From: Flavobacteriaceae bacterium
GTDB taxonomy: Bacteria > Bacteroidota > Bacteroidia > Flavobacteriales > Flavobacteriaceae
Reading direction: 5' to 3'
Length of the DNA stretch: 32,000 nt
NCBI GenBank assembly: GCA_965224465.1
Contig: OZ245049.1
Coordinates: 4,140,001-4,172,000, forward strand
The first letter of the stretch is position 1. Each line of letters opens with the position of its first letter. A program made the position numbers and the translations under genes. Below the pieces are notes generated by a model. It ran no database searches, was not told where the DNA came from, and saw only the letters and a list, made by a program, of their open reading frames with translations. Below are positions 16,730 to 26,540 of this stretch, piece by piece.

Positions 16730-17440
16730 TTAGTTTTGTTTTTTTATGGCGCGCAGCATTTCTCTTTTCCCAGGAGGTCCAGGCAGTCGTTCTACTTCAA
16801 ATCCTACTGTTTGCATTGCACGGCGGACGCTTCCTTTTGCAGAATAAGTGACAAGTACGCCGTTTTCTTTCAAGCTATCAAACATAATTTTAAAAATAGC
16901 TTCTGTCCATAAATCGGGTTGAACACGCGCACCAAATGCATCAAAATAAATCAAATTATAGCAGTTTTTTGCGCTTATTTTATCGAATAATAATTGTTGT
17001 TTTTCCAAAGAAAAAGAACTGTTTATTGCGATTTTCTGTTCCCAACTACACGCGTGCATTTCGTCAAAAATGGATTGCTGTTCTGTAGCTTTTAATGCTG
17101 TTACGTAATTGAGTTGTTCCAGTTCTTTAGCAGAAATAGGATAGGCTTCAACTCCTGTATAATCAATGGTAAGTTCTTGTTTTTTGTGTTCTAAAAAAGT
17201 AATAAACGCATTGAGTCCTGTTCCGAATCCAATTTCTAAAATGGCAACATTTTCTTTTGAGAACAACTGTAGGCCGTGTTTTATAAAAACATGATAAGCC
17301 TCTTGAATGGCTCCGTGTTTGGAGTGGTATTGCTCATTCCATTCGGGGATATGAATGGTTGTAGAGCCGTCCGAAGTAATAATGATTTCTCTTTTCAATT
17401 TGAATTTGTTTCTAGCAAAATTACAAAAACAAATAATCAA
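16730..17440 (-). CDS. mnmD: tRNA (mnm5s2U34)-methyltransferase MnmD (MnmC methyltransferase-domain homolog)
   Basis: The motifs ITSDGSTTIHIPEWNEQYHSKHGAIQEAYHVF and ILEIGFGTGLN...IYFDAFGARVQPDLWT are typical of MnmD/DUF752. The true start is probably the TTG at 17398 (MKREIIITSDGS), not the track start at 17440. Confidence 0.75.
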   Translation of the reverse strand: MIICFCNFARNKFKLKREIIITSDGSTTIHIPEWNEQYHSKHGAIQEAYHVFIKHGLQLFSKENVAILEIGFGTGLNAFITFLEHKKQELTIDYTGVEAYPISAKELEQLNYVTALKATEQQSIFDEMHACSWEQKIAINSSFSLEKQQLLFDKISAKNCYNLIYFDAFGARVQPDLWTEAIFKIMFDSLKENGVLVTYSAKGSVRRAMQTVGFEVERLPGPPGKREMLRAIKKQN

Positions 17441-18009
17441 TTTACGGGGTTTCGTACATTTATTAAGGAACTGGTGTACGTAAGGGGATTGTTAACATGA
17501 TTTTATTTAAGCAGTTCGTTTAAATTTGATATGGCTTTTACTTGACAAGCGGATATATAATTTAAAGAATATACGAAGGGTGTTCTTTGGAAAGGAGGCG
17601 TATGTAGGGTAGAATTGAAATCTGTAAATAAAATAATATTAGGGAAATTGAAATATTTTACTTATGTTTGTCTGCATAAACATTGTTGCAACAAGTATAA
17701 TGCAGCTAATAGTTTGTTAGTTGTTAATGATGTTATTACGTTTATAGCTAAAAATGTTTTTCAAAGGTGAAAATAAATTAAGATTAAATAGGTCGTAAGA
17801 AAGAACTGTTAATTGTGTTTTTCTATTGGAGGGAATACAATGATTAGTTTTAAAAAGTAATTGAAATTTTTAAAACTAAGTTTTTTTTGTTTTCAATGCG
17901 TACTGTCTAAGCAATATTACCCCTCTTTTCTGTTTGGAAAAGATGTTAACCCCTGTTTTTCATGTTCTTAAGATAAGAATATGCATCCAGCCTTATTCCG
18001 AGTTTAACC

Positions 18010-18444
18010 CTATTTAAGTACTAGTTTCTTAATTTTTGGGATAAGGCCAACGCAGGTGGTCTCGTGGCAAGCAATACAGGTGTTCACCATGGTGTTAAAT
18101 TGTTCTTTTCTTTCTTGAGAAGGGAGCTTGTATATTTCTTGATGATTTAAAATATACGCCTTAGAAAAGCTATTAAAACTTGCTGTTCTATCCGAAGGAT
18201 CTGTTAAAGTAGCTTGGTGTATTTTCTCGAATCGTTGGGGGAATATCCCTATAGAATCTTGTTGTATAATGGCTTTCTTTAATTTCAGGTTGGTTTGGAA
18301 CATATCTCGCATAAGCAATGCCATTTCTGACGATTTATACATGATAAGGGCTTCCTTTTTAGTGTCCTGTACTTTTTCTTTTGTTGAAAAAGTACAAGAT
18401 ACTAGTACTGTGCTGAGTATTAAAAATAGGGTTAAATTTTTCAT
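18010..18444 (-). CDS. Small lipoprotein with a single CxxCH heme-c binding motif (putative monoheme c-type cytochrome)
   Basis: The signal peptide plus lipobox is LILSTVLVSC. There is one CIACH motif near the C-terminus. No further family was recognised. Confidence 0.5.
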   Translation of the reverse strand: MKNLTLFLILSTVLVSCTFSTKEKVQDTKKEALIMYKSSEMALLMRDMFQTNLKLKKAIIQQDSIGIFPQRFEKIHQATLTDPSDRTASFNSFSKAYILNHQEIYKLPSQERKEQFNTMVNTCIACHETTCVGLIPKIKKLVLK

Positions 18445-18487
18445 CTATTTTTTATTTTTTTATTTGTTTTTTATCAATCCTATTTCT

Positions 18488-18596
18488 AATTATACCAAAT
18501 AGATTTCTAAGTGATGGTTTAGAAATGGAATTGTTTTTCAACTACGCTAGAACGTAAAATAAACTATTTATATCGGTCATTTTGGATTGTAATTGA
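18488..18596. repeat. Dispersed repeat family copy (modules A+C)
   Basis: The sequence aattataccaaatagatttctaagtgatggtttagaaatggaattg + tttttcaactacgctagaacgtaaaataaactatttatatcggtcattttggattgtaattg aligns to 4374-4483 and to 1938-2093 minus module B. Confidence 0.85.
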
Positions 18597-18666
18597 ATTG
18601 TTTAGATACTAGCGTAGTTTTTTAGAATAGGACGTAAAAATCGTCTCGTAGTTCTATAGATTACTG

Positions 18667-19173
18667 CTATTTGGTCATTAATACTCCAGTGGCTTCAAAA
18701 GCAAGTGTGCGTTTTGGTTCTGTAATTTTTGCGATTTCTTCTTCAGATTTCCCCGCATCTTTGGCGTAGTGTTGCAATTCTTTTATGGAAGTGATTTTTA
18801 AGAATGCTTTACCATCAACAATCACATCTCTTCCGTCAGCATTTAGTGGAACAAAAAAGTCGTAATCTTTAAATTTCACAAAAGATTCATGGTCTTTATC
18901 TAAGGTAAGAGACATCCAACAGCCTTTTTTCTTACATACTTTATTGATTTTAGAGGAGAATTTTACTTGAATGGTGTCTCCTTTACTCATTGCATTGTAT
19001 TTGGTTAGCATTTCTTCTTTAGAAATAACATGTTGATCATTGATTGTGTCTCCGAAAGAAGCATATGCTATATCTGCTTTTTTAGGTTCAGAACTTGTGT
19101 TATTTTTGATTGTATTTTTACAGGATATGAAAGCTAAAGTAATGATTAGTAGTAATATGTTAATTTTTTTCAT
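18667..19173 (-). CDS. DUF4920-like lipoprotein
   Basis: 168 aa with the lipobox LAFISC. The conserved-looking core is KVCKKKGCWMSL...VKFKDYDFFVPLNADG. The family call is from memory. Confidence 0.55.
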   Translation of the reverse strand: MKKINILLLIITLAFISCKNTIKNNTSSEPKKADIAYASFGDTINDQHVISKEEMLTKYNAMSKGDTIQVKFSSKINKVCKKKGCWMSLTLDKDHESFVKFKDYDFFVPLNADGRDVIVDGKAFLKITSIKELQHYAKDAGKSEEEIAKITEPKRTLAFEATGVLMTK

Positions 19174-19298
19174 TTTAAAGTATTTAATTGTTTAATTTAG
19201 AGACACAAAGATATCAAACTAACGAGATTAGTGATGGGTTTCTAAGTATAAATTTAATTATTTTCTTTATTTTTGTTCAAATTAAATTTTGGATAACT

Positions 19299-20360
19299 AT
19301 GACTAAAACGATGACTTTAAAAATTGAGAAGATTGCCCAATCTAAAATTGGAGATGTAGATTTTGATAATTTGACGTTTGGATCGGTTTTTACCGATCAT
19401 ATGTTTGAATGTGATTTTATAGATGGTGAATGGAAGAATCCAACAATTAAACCGTATCAACCTTTAACGCTAGATCCGTCTGCAAAAGTTTTTCATTACG
19501 GGCAAGCGGTTTTTGAAGGAATGAAGGCATATAGAGACGATAATGATGACATTTGGATGTTTAGACCAGATCAAAATCAAGAACGTATTAATATTTCTGC
19601 GGAACGGTTGGATATGCCAGCTTTTCCTAAGGAATTGTTTTTTGAAGGCTTGACAGAATTATTAAAATTAGATAAAGAATGGATTAAAAAAGGAGATGAT
19701 AGTGCTCTATATATACGTCCATTTTCTATAGCAACAGAGTCTTGTGTGTCTGCATCTGCAGCCAATCAATATAAATTTATGATTATCTGCTCACCAGTAC
19801 AGTCGTATTATTCAGGAGATGTACGTGTTGTTTTTGCTGATAAATATAGTCGTTCTGCAAACGGAGGCGTAGGTTTTGCAAAAGCAGCTGGGAATTATGC
19901 AGCATCTTTTTATCCTGCGAAATTGGCGAAGGAACAAGGATATGATCAAGTGGTGTGGACGGATGCCGCTACGCATGAGTTTTTAGAAGAAGCTGGAACT
20001 ATGAATGTTTTTTTTAGAGTAAATAATACGTTGTTAACTGCGCCTACAAGTGATCGAATTTTAGATGGAATTACCAGAAAGAGTTTGTTGGAGATTATCA
20101 AAGCAGATAATATAGACCTAGAAGTACGTAAAGTTTCTGTGACAGAGATTGTTGCTGCAGCTAAAAAAGGAGAGTTAAAAGAAATGTTTGGTTCTGGTAC
20201 CGCCGCAGTTATCAGTCCTATTTGTGCATTTTCTCATGGTGATTACTCGTATGAGATGCCAAAAATGGAAGATAGTTTTGCAAAACATCTAAAGAAAAGA
20301 TTGACCGATATTCAGACCAACAAATCTGAAGATCAATTTGGTTGGAGATATAAAATATAA
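19299..20360 (+). CDS. ilvE: Branched-chain amino acid aminotransferase
   Basis: A class IV aminotransferase (HYGQAVFEGMKAYR, IRPF, EEAGTMNVFF, GITR). I chose the ATG at 19299, which gives 353 aa. The track start at 19188 adds 37 hydrophobic, low-complexity residues that overlap the divergent promoter region. Confidence 0.9.
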   Translation: MTKTMTLKIEKIAQSKIGDVDFDNLTFGSVFTDHMFECDFIDGEWKNPTIKPYQPLTLDPSAKVFHYGQAVFEGMKAYRDDNDDIWMFRPDQNQERINISAERLDMPAFPKELFFEGLTELLKLDKEWIKKGDDSALYIRPFSIATESCVSASAANQYKFMIICSPVQSYYSGDVRVVFADKYSRSANGGVGFAKAAGNYAASFYPAKLAKEQGYDQVVWTDAATHEFLEEAGTMNVFFRVNNTLLTAPTSDRILDGITRKSLLEIIKADNIDLEVRKVSVTEIVAAAKKGELKEMFGSGTAAVISPICAFSHGDYSYEMPKMEDSFAKHLKKRLTDIQTNKSEDQFGWRYKI

Positions 20361-20418
20361 TAGCTTATATTTCGGCATATTTATTGACTAAATATGAGTA
20401 CTAACAAAAAATAAAGAG

Positions 20419-21411
20419 ATGACCGAATTAGACAAAGCAACCAAAGAGTTAACGTTAAAGGGGTTTTTAGATGTAGAAACCCCTTCTAACATTGATTATG
20501 CTGCTGAGATAAAGAAACTGTGTAAAGAGAAAAACGCCGTTATTTTAGCCCATTATTATCAAGAGGATGCGATTCAAGATATTGCTGATTATGTAGGAGA
20601 TAGTCTTTCTTTAGCACAAGAAGCTGCAAAAACCGAAGCTGATATTATCGTATTTGCTGGTGTCCATTTTATGGCTGAAACTGCAAAAATCTTAAATCCA
20701 GAAAAGTTAGTCTTGTTGCCAGATTTGAATGCAGGCTGTTCCTTGGCGGATTCTTGTCCTCCAGATGAGTTTGCTGCCTTTAAAAAAGAACATCCAGACC
20801 ATTTGGTAGTGTCGTACGTAAATACTTCTGCTGACATAAAGGCATTGACTGACATTGTGTGTACCTCGTCAAATGCGAAAAAAATTATTGATTCTATTCC
20901 AGAAGATCAACCTATTATTTTTGGTCCTGACCGTAATTTAGGTGCTTGGTTGATCAAAGAAACAGGAAGAGATATGCTATTGTGGGACGGTGCATGTTTG
21001 GTACATGAGGCGTTTTCAATTGAAAAAATATTGGCATTGTATGCAGAAAACCCAGATGCAGAAATTATTGCACATCCAGAATCTCAAGCTCATTTATTGA
21101 AGGTAGCAAAATATGTCGGATCCACTTCTGGCTTATTGAATTATGTACAGACAAGTGATGCTCAAAAGTTTATCATTGCAACAGAAGTAGGTATTTTGCA
21201 TAAAATGAGGCAATTGGTTCCGAATAAAATTTTAATTCCGGCACCTGTAGATGACGATAATTGTAATTGCAGCGAGTGTCATTACATGAAAATGAATACC
21301 ATGAAAAAACTGTATCTTTGTCTTAAATACGAGCTTCCAAGTGTAGAAGTAGAAGAGGGCCTACGTAAAAAAGCATTGGTCTCTATAGAACGCATGTTGG
21401 AATTGTCTTAA
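20419..21411 (+). CDS. nadA: Quinolinate synthase NadA
   Basis: 330 aa containing ILAHYYQ, FMAETAKILNP, PDLNAGCSLAD, SYVNTSA, the CxxH region and HPE. Confidence 0.95.
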   Translation: MTELDKATKELTLKGFLDVETPSNIDYAAEIKKLCKEKNAVILAHYYQEDAIQDIADYVGDSLSLAQEAAKTEADIIVFAGVHFMAETAKILNPEKLVLLPDLNAGCSLADSCPPDEFAAFKKEHPDHLVVSYVNTSADIKALTDIVCTSSNAKKIIDSIPEDQPIIFGPDRNLGAWLIKETGRDMLLWDGACLVHEAFSIEKILALYAENPDAEIIAHPESQAHLLKVAKYVGSTSGLLNYVQTSDAQKFIIATEVGILHKMRQLVPNKILIPAPVDDDNCNCSECHYMKMNTMKKLYLCLKYELPSVEVEEGLRKKALVSIERMLELS

Positions 21412-21425
21412 TAACAATAAATTTA

Positions 21426-23024
21426 ATGAATGCTACAAACACTATTCACGAATCCGACTTTCTAATCCTTGGATCGGGAATTGCTGGACTTTCTTTTGCG
21501 CTAAAAACGGCCTTGCATTATAAAGATGCTAAGATTACCATTGTTACAAAAGATACGAAAAGCGAATCGAATACTAAATATGCTCAGGGAGGAATTGCCA
21601 CGGTTTATAATAAAGCAGTGGATGATTTTGAACAACATATCCAAGATACTTTACTAGCAGGAGATGGTTTGTGCGACGAAAAAGCCGTGCGAATGGTTGT
21701 CGAAGATGCTCCTGAAAGACTGGAAGAGTTGATAAAATGGGGAACTATATTTGATAAAAATGGAGATGGTGAATATGATTTAGGACGTGAAGGAGGGCAT
21801 TCGCAAGATCGAATTTTACATTATAAAGATGTAACTGGAGCTGAAATTGAGCGCGCATTGATTGCTCAAGTAGAAGCCGCTGAGAATATAACGTTTTTAT
21901 CACATCATTTTGCGATTGATCTTATTACAGAACATCAAGTAAAGGGAAGACATACAAAGCGTAAAGGTAAAATTTGCTGTTTTGGAGCCTATGTTTTGGA
22001 TGAGAAAAAAGAAGTTGTCAAAACATTTGTTGCTAAATTTACCATGTTGGCAACTGGTGGTTCTGGGCAAGTATATAGCTCTACAACTAATCCTGTAGTT
22101 GCTACAGGTGATGGTTTAGGAATGGCTTATCGTGCCAAAGCAGAAATTGCAGAGGTCGAGTTTATTCAGTTTCATCCGACTGCTTTGTTCAATCCAGGAG
22201 AGTATCCTGCGTTTTTAATTTCTGAAGCTGTACGTGGTGAAGGTGCTATCCTGAGAGATTTTCACGGCAATCGTTTTATGCATAATTATGATGAACGTCA
22301 AGAATTAGCGTCTCGTGATATTGTAGCAAGAGCTATTGATAATGAAATGAAAAAAAGTGGTAAACCCAATGTGTTTTTAGATTGTACACAAATGGATTAC
22401 GAGGCTTTTTTGAAGCATTTTCCTAATATTAATGAAAAATGTTTGAGCTTAGGTATTGATGTGCGAACCGATTATATTCCAGTTTGTCCTGCGCAACATT
22501 ATTTATGCGGAGGAGTGTATGTGAATAGAAAAGCAAAAACTTCAATAAAAAATTTATATGCCTGTGGAGAGGTTACCTGTTCTGGTTTGCACGGGGCAAA
22601 TAGATTAGCATCTAACTCTTTATTAGAAGGATTGGTGTATAGTCACAAAGCCTTGAAAAATATTATCAAACGCTATCATAAAATAGAAATGCCTTCAGGG
22701 GTTCCTTTATGGAATGATTCTGGCGTGGTAAAAAACATGGAAAAAGTGCTGATTACACATGATAAAGAAGAGGTGAAAACAATTATGAGTAATTATGTAG
22801 GGATTGTACGTTCAAATGAACGCCTTCTACGCGCAGAGAATCGTTTAAAAGTTTTGTATGAAGATAACAAACGTTTGTACGATCATTCAGAATTATCAGT
22901 GGATTTGTGCGAATTGAGGAATTTGATAACAACAGCGTATCTAATTACCCAGTTTTCTAAAAAACGAAAAGAGAATAGAGGTGGCTTTTATAGCGCCGAC
23001 TTAGTAAAAAAGGAGCTTAATTAG
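21426..23024 (+). CDS. nadB: L-aspartate oxidase NadB
   Basis: 532 aa with the FAD motif FLILGSGIAGLS. It also has AQGGIA, HPTAL, RGEGAILR, ACGEVTCSGLHGANRLASNSLLE. It lies 14 nt downstream of nadA. Confidence 0.95.
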   Translation: MNATNTIHESDFLILGSGIAGLSFALKTALHYKDAKITIVTKDTKSESNTKYAQGGIATVYNKAVDDFEQHIQDTLLAGDGLCDEKAVRMVVEDAPERLEELIKWGTIFDKNGDGEYDLGREGGHSQDRILHYKDVTGAEIERALIAQVEAAENITFLSHHFAIDLITEHQVKGRHTKRKGKICCFGAYVLDEKKEVVKTFVAKFTMLATGGSGQVYSSTTNPVVATGDGLGMAYRAKAEIAEVEFIQFHPTALFNPGEYPAFLISEAVRGEGAILRDFHGNRFMHNYDERQELASRDIVARAIDNEMKKSGKPNVFLDCTQMDYEAFLKHFPNINEKCLSLGIDVRTDYIPVCPAQHYLCGGVYVNRKAKTSIKNLYACGEVTCSGLHGANRLASNSLLEGLVYSHKALKNIIKRYHKIEMPSGVPLWNDSGVVKNMEKVLITHDKEEVKTIMSNYVGIVRSNERLLRAENRLKVLYEDNKRLYDHSELSVDLCELRNLITTAYLITQFSKKRKENRGGFYSADLVKKELN

Positions 23025-23036
23025 CTCCTTTTTTTT
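23001..23036. terminator. nadB 3' end plus bidirectional terminator hairpin (direct repeat copy 1)
   Basis: The sequence ttagtaaaaaaggagct-taatt-agctcc-T8 has a stem ggagct/agctcc that is extended by A/T runs. It contains the last 7 nadB codons and the TAG stop. A near-identical copy is at 27985-28019. Confidence 0.8.
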
Positions 23037-24030
23037 AGTGTTTCCTGAATACATTTGGACTCACACCAAATTTACGTTTAAATGCAGTAGAAAAGTGAGA
23101 GGCATATTCGTAACCACATCTGATACCTATTTCAAAAATTGTTTTTTGAGTGTCAAGCAATAATTGTCGAGCTAAATTCATCTTATAATCAAATAAGCAA
23201 CCATATATTGTTTGCTTGTAGATCTCTTTAAATCCATATTTTAACTTTTTGTCATTCATACCAATTTTTTTAGCTAAATCTTGAATTGATGGAGGGGCGT
23301 TTAAGTTTTTTAATAAAATGTTTTTTGCCTCTCTTATCTTATCTATATCTGTTGCAGTCTTGCAATATATAAAAGTATTACTTCTGTATTGTTGTATTTG
23401 TTTTAGTTGTAGTGCAAATAGTTCAAGTACCTTGGATTCAATATATAAGTTCTGAATATTTCCCATAATGTTTGAGTTTTTAATTTGAGAAATTATCAAA
23501 TTTATTTCATTTGTAGTGATAAAGTGTTGTTCTACCATACAAAAAGGCACTCCTTTTGTGTGCTTTTCGAATGTGTCTGAAAAGAGATCTGGATATCTGT
23601 TTACTAGAGATTCCAGATAGTTTTTATCAAAAATCACACTAAAAGATTTTGTCTTTTTGTTTTTTAAAAATTGTGCAATTCCAACATCTCCACTAGGGAG
23701 AGACCATATATTATTGGTTCCATATTTTACAACATCACTCTTTAAATTTGGGACTTGGTAATTACATGCCCCTTCAAGCATAAAAGACATAGATAGTGTT
23801 GCTAAATCAGAATTCCCTGATAAGGTGGTGTTTTTAATGAATAAGCTTTCGAAGTCAGTGGTGATAATTCCGGGAGTCATTATTGTCCTGTATTTCATTT
23901 TTCCTAAACTACTTAGGTGTATTTCTGTGGTTTGGGAATCTTTGCTTTTTCCTGTTATTTCGAGATCTAGTATTTTCTTTTGAATAATTTGATCTAGATC
24001 TTTGTTTGTTAGGTTAACTCTGTATTTCAT
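23035..24030 (-). CDS. AraC family transcriptional regulator
   Basis: 331 aa. The C-terminus has the AraC double HTH (IQDLAKKIGMNDKKLKYGFKEIY...IGIRCGYEYASHFSTAFKRKFGVSPNVFRK). The gene is divergent from the TonB-dependent receptor gene. Confidence 0.85.
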   Translation of the reverse strand: MKYRVNLTNKDLDQIIQKKILDLEITGKSKDSQTTEIHLSSLGKMKYRTIMTPGIITTDFESLFIKNTTLSGNSDLATLSMSFMLEGACNYQVPNLKSDVVKYGTNNIWSLPSGDVGIAQFLKNKKTKSFSVIFDKNYLESLVNRYPDLFSDTFEKHTKGVPFCMVEQHFITTNEINLIISQIKNSNIMGNIQNLYIESKVLELFALQLKQIQQYRSNTFIYCKTATDIDKIREAKNILLKNLNAPPSIQDLAKKIGMNDKKLKYGFKEIYKQTIYGCLFDYKMNLARQLLLDTQKTIFEIGIRCGYEYASHFSTAFKRKFGVSPNVFRKH

Positions 24031-24088
24031 ACCCTTTAAATTAAATTTTTAGCCCAGTACATTAAACAGTTAACAGAAAGAGGCTCAT

Positions 24089-24096
24089 TATATTTG
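24089..24096 (+). promoter_or_regulatory. Candidate -7 promoter element TATATTTG upstream of the TonB-dependent receptor gene
   Basis: It is an exact TAnnTTTG match 105 nt upstream of the ATG at 24202. No clean -33 TTG is found at the expected spacing. Confidence 0.3.
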
Positions 24097-24201
24097 TAGT
24101 TATTTTTAATCGTTATAAATAAGAACAAAAATAGGGTTTATTTTACTTAAAGTAACCTATGATAAACAAGAAAATACGGATAAGTAATTAATTGATACTA
24201 C

Positions 24202-26535
24202 ATGAAATATAACATCTCAATGCTATTTTTATTACTGTTGTCTACTGTTTTAATAGCGCAAACCTCCACTACATTGAAAGGTAGAGTACTTGATAAAACA
24301 ACAGGAAAGCCTCTGCCAGGAGTCAATATCGTATTGAATTTGAACAGAGGGACATCAACCAATATAAACGGTTATTACGAACTTAATAATATCAAAAATA
24401 TAGATCAGGAACTGACCGTTTCATTTCTTACCTATAAAAGTGTAATTAAAAAGATTAGATTAAAGTACAAGAAGGTAAATACCTGTAATTTTAGCTTAGT
24501 AGAAAGTATTGAAAGTCTCGGAGAAGTTTTGATTTCTGCAAAAACAAAGGCGAGAATTTTACAAGAACAGGCACTTCCTGTAACTGTTATTTCTCTAGAC
24601 CAGGTTCAAGGAGCTGTTAGTAGTATTGGTGAGTTGTTAAATAAAACTTCGGGAATTAAGATAAAAACTGCTGGAGGTATTGGAAGTGCAACACAAATTT
24701 CTTTAAGAGGGTTGGAGGGGAAAAGAGTTGGTTTTTTTATTGATGAAATTCCGATGAGCGAGAATTCAGATTTTATTGGCTTAAATGATATTCCGATAGA
24801 TTTAATTGAAAGAATTGAAATATATAAAGGAATTGTTCCTGCAAAATTCGGTGGCTCAGCAATTGGAGGTGCAGTAAATTTAGTCTTAAAAGAATATCCA
24901 CCGAAATATGTAGATGTTAGTTATAGTCTTCAGTCTTATAATGCACATAATGTTAGTGTTATATATAAAGAAAACAACAAGAAAACGGGTACCGAATTTG
25001 GTGTTGGTGGTTTTTATACTTATGCAGAAAATAATTATACGATGGAATCTCCGTATGTCCCAGGTTTGAAAATAAAAAGGGATCACGATGTTTTTGAAGC
25101 AAAATCAATTGGGATGGGAATTAAACTTAAAAATTGGTGGTTTGATAAAGTAATCTTTGAACCCGTAGTTGTATTTAGAGACAAAGAAATACAAGGAATT
25201 GATAAAAATATACAAGAAGCTAGTACCTCCGCAAATGCGTATGTTTTTTCAAATATTTTAGAAAAATGCAACTTTTTAATCTCGGGATTGGATGTTAGTT
25301 TTAATACTTCGTATGCCTTTACGCTATATAAATTTATAGACAAGGCTATGAAACGTTATAATTTTGACGGTTCTACGTTTGCTCCAGTTACTAAATATGG
25401 TGGTGAGATTGGTACGAATCCGAACGATTCCAACAATAAAAAGCATCTGATAACACAAAGAACAAATTTAAATTATGTAGTGACAGAAAATAGTTCTTTA
25501 AATTTGAATACCGTTTTTAATTTTGTGAGAGGAATTCCTAAAGATGTATTAAAGGATAAGGCAATTGGTTTTAATACAAATTTTGAAAGTAAAATGAAAA
25601 AAATGGTTGCAGGGCTTAATTATGAACAACACTTTTTTAATAAAACACTAACAAATTCATTTTCTGTGAAGTATTATTATTATAATATTAATACAACAGT
25701 TACAAATGCGTATCAATTAGGAGATCCTAGAACTGTGATTTTTACAAAACAAAATTTCGGATTTAGTAATGCCATTAGATATCGGTTTACAAAAGATTTC
25801 TTAATAAAAGCTTCTTACGCAAACGATGTAAGATTGCCTAGCGAAACAGAGTTGTTAGGAAATGGGTTTCTAACAAGAGCATCGGGTGATTTAGAGCCAG
25901 AAAAAAACGAGAGTTTTAATGTTGGTGTCATGTATGTTTTTGACAATGCAAGGAGAAATAGGTTTCAAATTGAAGTGAATTTTTTTTCTATGAAATTAAA
26001 AAACATGATTCGTTTTACAAAAGATGTGCTACAATCTAAGTATACAAATTTTGGGCAAATGAAAACTCTTGGAGCAGATTTAGATGTTAAATACGATATT
26101 ACAAAAAACATTTATCTATATGCAAATGCTACCTATCAAGATCTAAGAGATACCCGTACGTTTTCTCCAGGGTCAACAAATGCAAATCCTACGAAAGGAG
26201 ATAGGATGCCTAATATGCCGTATTTATATGCAAATGGAGGTTTTGAATTGCATGCAGAAAACTTATTTGGAGGGAATAAACAAGGGAGTAAAATTTATTT
26301 TGAAAGCTCTTTTGTACAAGAATATTATTACGATTTTGAACAAAGTATTCATCAAAACAGGCGTATTCCTAAATCCTTATCTCACAGTGTAGGTATTGAA
26401 CATAGTTTTAAGCATAGGAGTATCATTGTTGGGATACAAGTAAATAATATCACAAACCAAAAACTTTTATCAATCTTTAATAGACCATTGCCTGGTAGAA
26501 CAGCAGGGGTTAAACTACGTTATATTTTAAAATAA
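24202..26535 (+). CDS. TonB-dependent receptor with N-terminal carboxypeptidase-regulatory-like domain
   Basis: 777 aa with a signal peptide. LKGRVLDKTTGKPLPGVNIVL...NGYYEL is the CarboxypepD_reg-like region. The plug region includes IERIEIYKGIVPAKFGGSAIGGAVNLV, and a beta-barrel body follows. Confidence 0.9.
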   Translation: MKYNISMLFLLLLSTVLIAQTSTTLKGRVLDKTTGKPLPGVNIVLNLNRGTSTNINGYYELNNIKNIDQELTVSFLTYKSVIKKIRLKYKKVNTCNFSLVESIESLGEVLISAKTKARILQEQALPVTVISLDQVQGAVSSIGELLNKTSGIKIKTAGGIGSATQISLRGLEGKRVGFFIDEIPMSENSDFIGLNDIPIDLIERIEIYKGIVPAKFGGSAIGGAVNLVLKEYPPKYVDVSYSLQSYNAHNVSVIYKENNKKTGTEFGVGGFYTYAENNYTMESPYVPGLKIKRDHDVFEAKSIGMGIKLKNWWFDKVIFEPVVVFRDKEIQGIDKNIQEASTSANAYVFSNILEKCNFLISGLDVSFNTSYAFTLYKFIDKAMKRYNFDGSTFAPVTKYGGEIGTNPNDSNNKKHLITQRTNLNYVVTENSSLNLNTVFNFVRGIPKDVLKDKAIGFNTNFESKMKKMVAGLNYEQHFFNKTLTNSFSVKYYYYNINTTVTNAYQLGDPRTVIFTKQNFGFSNAIRYRFTKDFLIKASYANDVRLPSETELLGNGFLTRASGDLEPEKNESFNVGVMYVFDNARRNRFQIEVNFFSMKLKNMIRFTKDVLQSKYTNFGQMKTLGADLDVKYDITKNIYLYANATYQDLRDTRTFSPGSTNANPTKGDRMPNMPYLYANGGFELHAENLFGGNKQGSKIYFESSFVQEYYYDFEQSIHQNRRIPKSLSHSVGIEHSFKHRSIIVGIQVNNITNQKLLSIFNRPLPGRTAGVKLRYILK

Positions 26536-26540
26536 AAAAA

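Noticed and set aside
19188-19298. N-terminal 37-codon extension of ilvE in the track
   Set aside because: The extension (MFNLETQRYQTNEISDGFLSINLIIFFIFVQIKFWIT) has no counterpart in branched-chain aminotransferases and covers the divergent promoter region. The ATG at 19299 gives a normal-length protein.
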